Below are positions 55,667 to 64,000 of a stretch of 64,000 nucleotides of DNA, piece after piece. The position numbers and the translations under genes were made by a program. Position 1 is the stretch's first letter. Each line of letters starts with the position of its first letter. The stretch lies in assembly GCF_009914755.1 (NCBI RefSeq), contig NC_060947.1. One strand, 5' to 3'. The stretch comes from the human T2T-CHM13v2.0 reference genome, Homo sapiens. The notes beneath the pieces are model-generated. The model saw only the letters and a list, made by a program, of their open reading frames with translations, was not told the DNA's origin and did no database searches.

Positions 55667-55912
55667 TATATATATATATATACACTTATATATATATACT
55701 TTTATATATATACACATATATATATACTTTTATATATATACACTTATATATATACTTTTATATATATACTTATATATATACTTTTATATATACTTATATA
55801 TACTTTTATATGTATATACTTATACTTTTATATGTATATTTATACTTTTATATATATTTATATATACTTTTATATATACTTATATATGTATTGTATACTT
55901 TTATATATATAT
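55667..55912. repeat. (TATATACTT)n-type AT-rich simple repeat
   Basis: Direct observation; extends from an Alu tail. Confidence 0.9.
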
Positions 55913-56178
55913 TTTTAAAGACATCAGCAACATTGTCTGATTTTACTTATTTATTTGTTATTATATATTTTTTCATACAGAGACAGGATCTTGCTGTGTT
56001 GCCCAGGCTGATCTTGATCCTGGCCTAAAGTTATCCTCCTGCCTTGGCCTCCCAAAGTGCTAGGGCCTCCCAAAGTGCTAGGGCCTCCTGCTAGGCCTCC
56101 CAAAGTGCTAGTGGCAGTGTGAGCCACTTCTCAGCTCATAATCTGATTCTAAAGAGACAAATGATTTACTAAACCGAA

Positions 56179-57932
<1,754 letters not shown>

Positions 57933-60560
57933 CTTCAGTCAGAGGTTTTATAAGGTATTGGTTTAGTATATCGAACAATTAATATCATAAGAAAAAAAAC
58001 CCCACAACATGTAACTCTATGCCATTGACATTTTAAACTACACTGGGAGAAGCTATTTCCTTATTGGAAAAATATTTTAGGAAAGTTAATGCTGTATCCC
58101 TTTCCCTTCAGTTCTGTTTTGGACTATGCTTATTGCTTTGTCTTTCTCCTCCCATTGTTAATATTCTTTAAGGGTTTTTACCCAGCTCCTGGATGTAAGT
58201 CTAGTGGACACATTGCAATCAGTACCTGCTGTTAACGCTATGCTTGGTAACAAGATGAAGAAATTTCAGTATCCTGACAGTGGACCATTGGGGTGTCCTT
58301 GAGCAGCTGCCTCTGGTGCCTCACTTCATAGTGTCACCCTGGTTGTGGGGATAGTTGAGCGAGGTATAAGGTGGGCCCCATTTGCAGTTATATGGAGGGG
58401 AATGGTCCCTCCATTTGGGAAGCTAATTTTCTCACATTGTTCTCACAATAACTTCTTATTGCTTATTGGAAAAATGAGTTAATACTAGAGATACCTACTG
58501 ATAACTTGGTAACTACTTAAATGCAGGCATAAAGCAATCATGGCTTGAAGCCAGATACTGCAAAACCAATCTTTTCTCACATCTGAATTCCTGTATATTA
58601 ATTAATGAGTTTGCCCAATAGGTAATTAGTCACACCTTGTTAACTAGATATAACTAGATATACTGATTTAATTTAGAATTTTAATTAACCCACCCTTCTC
58701 ACATTTAAATATTTATATCTTTTGTAATATGGAAGTAGTGCTATAAACAGAGTTATCTATGTAAGATGTATGTAAAGATAACTAGATATTACTAGAACTA
58801 GACTGAGTATGTGAAGTCAGGATGCTGTCAAACAAGTTTTCCTCAAATTTAACTTCATAATTCTTATTTTAGAAAACTTGCTATAATATAGATAATATGT
58901 GGTTCCTAGTTAAGTACTTACTTAGAGATATTGGAAATAACTAGAAAAATACCTGAATCTAGGATGTTGAAAAACACATTCTTTTTACATCCGAATTTAA
59001 TTTCTTTTAACATAAGGTATTGGAAATATAGATAACTAGTGGTAGCTATGTAATTTTAAATTAGAGATACCTAGAATTAGCTAGAAAGCTACTTAAAGCC
59101 ATAAAGCTGAAAAATACATGCTTTTCATCTCTAAAATATTCCTTTTTTAATATTTCTTTTTGGAATGTGCATTTAGTACTCAAAATACCTAGCATACTAA
59201 GGTAAGCTTTATTTTCATTTTTTTGAGACAGGTTCTCACTCTGTTACCCAGGCTGGAGTGAAATGGCACCATCATGATTCACTGTAACATCAAACTCCCT
59301 GGCTCAAGTGATCCTTCTGCTTCAGGCTCCCAAGGAGCTAGGACTACAGGCATATGCCACCATGCCTGGCTAATTTATTTTTTATTTTTTATTTTTTATT
59401 TTTTTAGGTAGAGATGAGGTCTCACTACGTTTCTCAGGCTGATCTGGAACTCCTGGTCTCAAGCCATCCTCCCACCTTGGCCTCCCAAAGCACTTGGGTT
59501 GACAGGTATGAGCCACTGCACCCAGCCTCTAAGGTAAGCTTTATATAAAGATAACTAGATATAACCTAGCCTGGGCAACATAGGGAGAAGCTATTTCTAC
59601 CAAAGATTTAAAAATTAGCCACGTGTGGTGGTGTGAGCCTGTAGTCCCAGCTACTCAGGAGGCTGAGGCGGGACGGTCAATAGAGCCTGGGAATTAGAGG
59701 CTGCAGTGAGCTTGATGGGCTCAGTGTACTCCAGCCTGGGCGACCAAGTGAGGCCATCTCAAAGGTAAATAAATAATAAAAAATAGATACAACCTGAATG
59801 ACTAGTTGAAGGCAGAAAGCTAAATAACACATTTTTTTTAATCTAACTTCTCATCATTGAAGGAATATGTTAGTAATATAGATGACTAATGTTACTTATA
59901 TAACTACTTATAGAGAAATAACTGGAAATAACTAGAAAATTAATTGAAGCCAGGATGTTGGAAAACATTTTTCTCAAGTGCAACTTATTATTTCTTCTTG
60001 AAGTAAAGTACTGGAAAGGTAGATAACTAGTGATACACAGATATATCGAAATAACTGGAAAACTACTAGCTGTCCAAAAAAGAACAACAACAACAAAAAA
60101 CTATACTTATCTGTTCTATATTTTTTGAATGCTATTACTATAAATAAGTAGTAATCAAGAGGCATTTGGTTTACTCTGGATAACTAAACATGAGTGGAAT
60201 AAGTAGTTAAAGCTGGAGAGCTAAAAAACACAACACAAAATTGTCAATTGTAAATTCTCCTTATCATTGGAATAATTAGTTAATACTGTAAATGTTCAGT
60301 TGGTACCTTTGTAATTATTTACCTAGAAATAACCAGAAATAGCCAGAATAGCTAGTTGAAGGCAGGAAGTTGCCAGTCACGTTCTTTTCAACACTAAATT
60401 CTCTGCTGAAGAAAAGTTGATCAATCCAGGAAGTTGAAACAATATTCTTCTCAACACTATAGTCGTATCTATTGTGGATATAATGAGTTAGTGCTGTAGA
60501 TAACTATTTGTACCCAGGACACTAACTACTTGGATATAACTATTAATATGGAAATGAAGA

Positions 60561-61383
<823 letters not shown>

Positions 61384-61417
61384 AAGATAAGGAGGTGAGA
61401 AAATATTCTCATAAATA

Positions 61418-61578
61418 CCTTCTTTCTTTTCTTTCTTTTTCTTCTTTTTTCCTTCCTTCTTTCTCTTCTTTTTATTTTCCTTCCTTTTTCTTTCCTTCTT
61501 CCTTCTTTTCTGTCCTTTCTTTCTTTCTTTCCTTTCTTCCCTTTCTTCCTTCCTTTCCTTCTTTTTCTTTCTTTTTTT
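61418..61578. repeat. (CTTT/CCTT)n polypyrimidine tract, probably the expanded tail of a truncated Alu
   Basis: About 160 nt nearly pure pyrimidine followed by GAGACAG...CTGGAGTGCAGTG. Confidence 0.8.
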
Positions 61579-63596
61579 GAGACAGCACCTCGCTGTGTTG
61601 CCTACACTGGAGTGCAGTGATGTTTGAAAGCACAGTCTTCACAGACTCAAATTCTTATTTTTTTGTGAAATAATGAGTTTATACTACAGATATCTGGTGG
61701 TACCTATGTCAGTAGTGAAATAGATTTAACTAGAAATAACCAGAAAAAAAATACGAAGTCATGAAGTTGAAAAAATCATGATTTACCACTGCAACTTCTT
61801 ATTTCTTATTATTATAATGAGTTAGTATTATAGATATCTGGTGATGTCTACTTCATTACTTACCTCAAAATAACTGGAGATAATTAAAATAAGTATTGTA
61901 ATCCTGGAAGGTGATAAAGAAAGTCATGCAGTACTATGTTCTCGTTCCTTGTTGGAATTTTGCCTTAGAACTATAGCTAAGTATTGGTACCTGAGAAACT
62001 AGATATGTGGAGACATCTGCAGATAACTAAAGTATCTAGTGTAAGAAGAAAAATATTCTTCTTGATTCTAAAATGTTATTTCATGTTGGCATGATGTGTT
62101 AGTACTGCAAATAACTGGTGGTACCTAGGGAATGAGTAAACTGGAGATCACTTGTGATATGTAGAATAATTAGTGGAATCCAGAGAATTACCTCATTTCT
62201 TGTTGGAATGATGGGTTAGTATTAGAAATAACTAGGTATCCCTTGTGAAATATACAATTAGAAATAAGTAGAGAGAAGCAGAAAAACTTGTAGAAACCCA
62301 GACCCTGGAAACACATTTTTTCAAATCTAAATTCTTTTTACTTGTGGAATAATGAGTGAATGGTATGGTTATGCAGTGGTACCTAGGTAATTGGACACAA
62401 CCAGAGTAAACGTTTGACAGCAGGAATGTAACAAAGAATTAAAAAAGATTATTTATGAAAATTAATATTATTAACATAAAAATAAATTAATAATGAGCAA
62501 TACCATAAAACAAGAAGTAAGTATCACAAACAAGAATACAAACATTATTTGGAAATCTGACTTTTATTTTTTTGTAATAGAGTGTTAGTATTATTGATAA
62601 GTAGTGGTATCTATTTATTTAGAGGTAATGACTTAACTCAGTCAAGTAGACACATAAAATTAACCACCACAGTATGTAACTAGTTTAGTAGGGATAGTTA
62701 GAGATAACCCGGAAATCTATTTGAATTCAGAAGTTGAAAAACCATTCGTCACACCCCTAATTCTTATCTCATATAGGAATACATATTTAGTACTATGGTT
62801 AACTACTGGTCACAAGATTACTAGTTAACTACAGAGAACTGGTTGGAGCTAGAAGGTGGAAACCACAATCCTCACAACTGGGAATTCTTGATTAGAGTTC
62901 CCTCTAATTAACTATACTACTGATACATTATTTCAACCAGAATTAAGAATTTCATGCTGAGTAGATTATGGTTCCACTTTTTAGCTTCAGCCAGTTATCT
63001 GTAGTTAACTAGCTAAGCTGTTACTACTAATTATCCATAGTAACAAATCCTTATTCAAACAGGAGATTAAGATTTAGGGTGGTAATCCCAGCACTTATGG
63101 AGGCCAAGGCAGGTGAATTGCTTGAGCCCAGGAGTTCGAGACCAGCATTGGGCAAACAGTGAGACCTCGTCTCTATAAAAAAATTTTTTTTAATTCGCCG
63201 GGCATAGTGGCTCCTGCCTGTCATCCCAGCTCCTCAAGAGACTGAGGTAGGAGGATGGCTTGAGCATGGGGAGTGGAGGTGGCAGTGAGCCGAGATGTTG
63301 CCAGTACACTCCAGCCTGGGCAACGGAGTGAGACTCTGTTTCAAAACCAACAAGCAAACCAAGATTTAGGGTGGTATGAAACAGTTTTTCAACTTCCAGA
63401 TTCAAGCAGATTTTCTGGTTATTTCTGGCTATCCCTAGTAAAGTAGTTACCTCGCTACCAGTATTTGTCTATAGCACTAATACATGTTGCAAATATTAAA
63501 TTTAGTGTTGAGAAAAAATGTTTTTTCATTTTCCTGCCTTCAAATTATCGTTCTAGGTATATCTAATTATCTCTAATTAAATAAATAAATAGATAT

Positions 63597-64000
63597 TATT
63601 CCCAGAATCGAGCCGGGTTTGGCTGCGTTTTCTTGTGGCCCAATAAGGACAAACAGACAAATTAGGAAAGAAGGGAATTTATTGCTGTAACCGGATACAG
63701 GGAGAAGGTCAGAGATATTCCACCAGACCAACTCAAAGCGTTAAAATTTTCTTAGTGCTTACATAGGTTGGGGTTATGTGCCTATGTGCAGTATAGCATT
63801 TGCCTAAGTCTGTAGGTAACTAATTTTGTTTCAACTAGGTCAGAGGCAAAAAAATGCTTGCTAAGTCCGAGTATGCTGTGAGGGGCCCAGTGCCTTCAAG
63901 GCATGTCTATTGTGGTACTGGAGTGATTATTTCTGTCTTATCTCCTTTATAACTTGGCCCGGAGTACTGTCTTAGACTCTCCAATAAATCTGTTTGAACA
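63597..64000 (-). mobile_element. Probable LTR element (family unassigned), truncated by the window edge
   Basis: Abrupt change from the AT-rich array; LTR-like U5/poly(A) arrangement on the - strand (TTTATT ~63677). Confidence 0.4.

Larger units (their letters stand above)
53992..56178 (-). mobile_element. L1 3'-transduced segment (~2.2 kb) with its own poly(A) tail
   Basis: Lies between the L1 tail and a second A-rich tail (53992-54015) preceded by ATTAAA (54022-54027), all inside the 17-bp TSD. Confidence 0.8.

Noticed and set aside
55598-56028. Tyr/Ile-rich ORFs (also at 29364-29570)
   Set aside because: Translations of (TA)n simple repeats.
58215-58262. Candidate small upstream homeobox exon (donor-like CAG|GTACTG on - strand)
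   Set aside because: In-frame stop and no resemblance to helix 2; the upstream exons are probably outside the window or lost.

Overview
Human (primate) genomic DNA, Alu/L1-rich. Bases ~4.2-22.9 kb carry the complete NKAP coding sequence on the minus strand: 9 exons with GT-AG junctions that add up to 1248 nt (415 aa + stop), with a CpG-island promoter. From established knowledge this places the window at Xq24, between AKAP14 and the RHOX cluster. The remainder is non-coding but structured. (1) A near full-length ancient L1MC1-like element is studded with solo LTRs (MLT2A, LTR14A-like, LTR12). (2) One TTTAAA L1-endonuclease site has been hit repeatedly (Alu, full-length L1PA5/6, L1PA2, and probably the old L1MC from the other strand). 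(3) The last exon of a dead ESX1/RHOX-like paired-class homeobox gene is split inside recognition helix 3 by an L1 carrying a ~2.2-kb 3' transduction with a 17-bp TSD. (4) Upstream of that exon is a degenerate ~140-bp tandem array that flips orientation at a micro-hairpin, forming an old palindrome. No prokaryotic-type systems are present, and most ORFs in the supplied track are Alu or L1 artefacts. Repeat subfamily names and protein comparisons come from remembered consensus sequences, not from a search.
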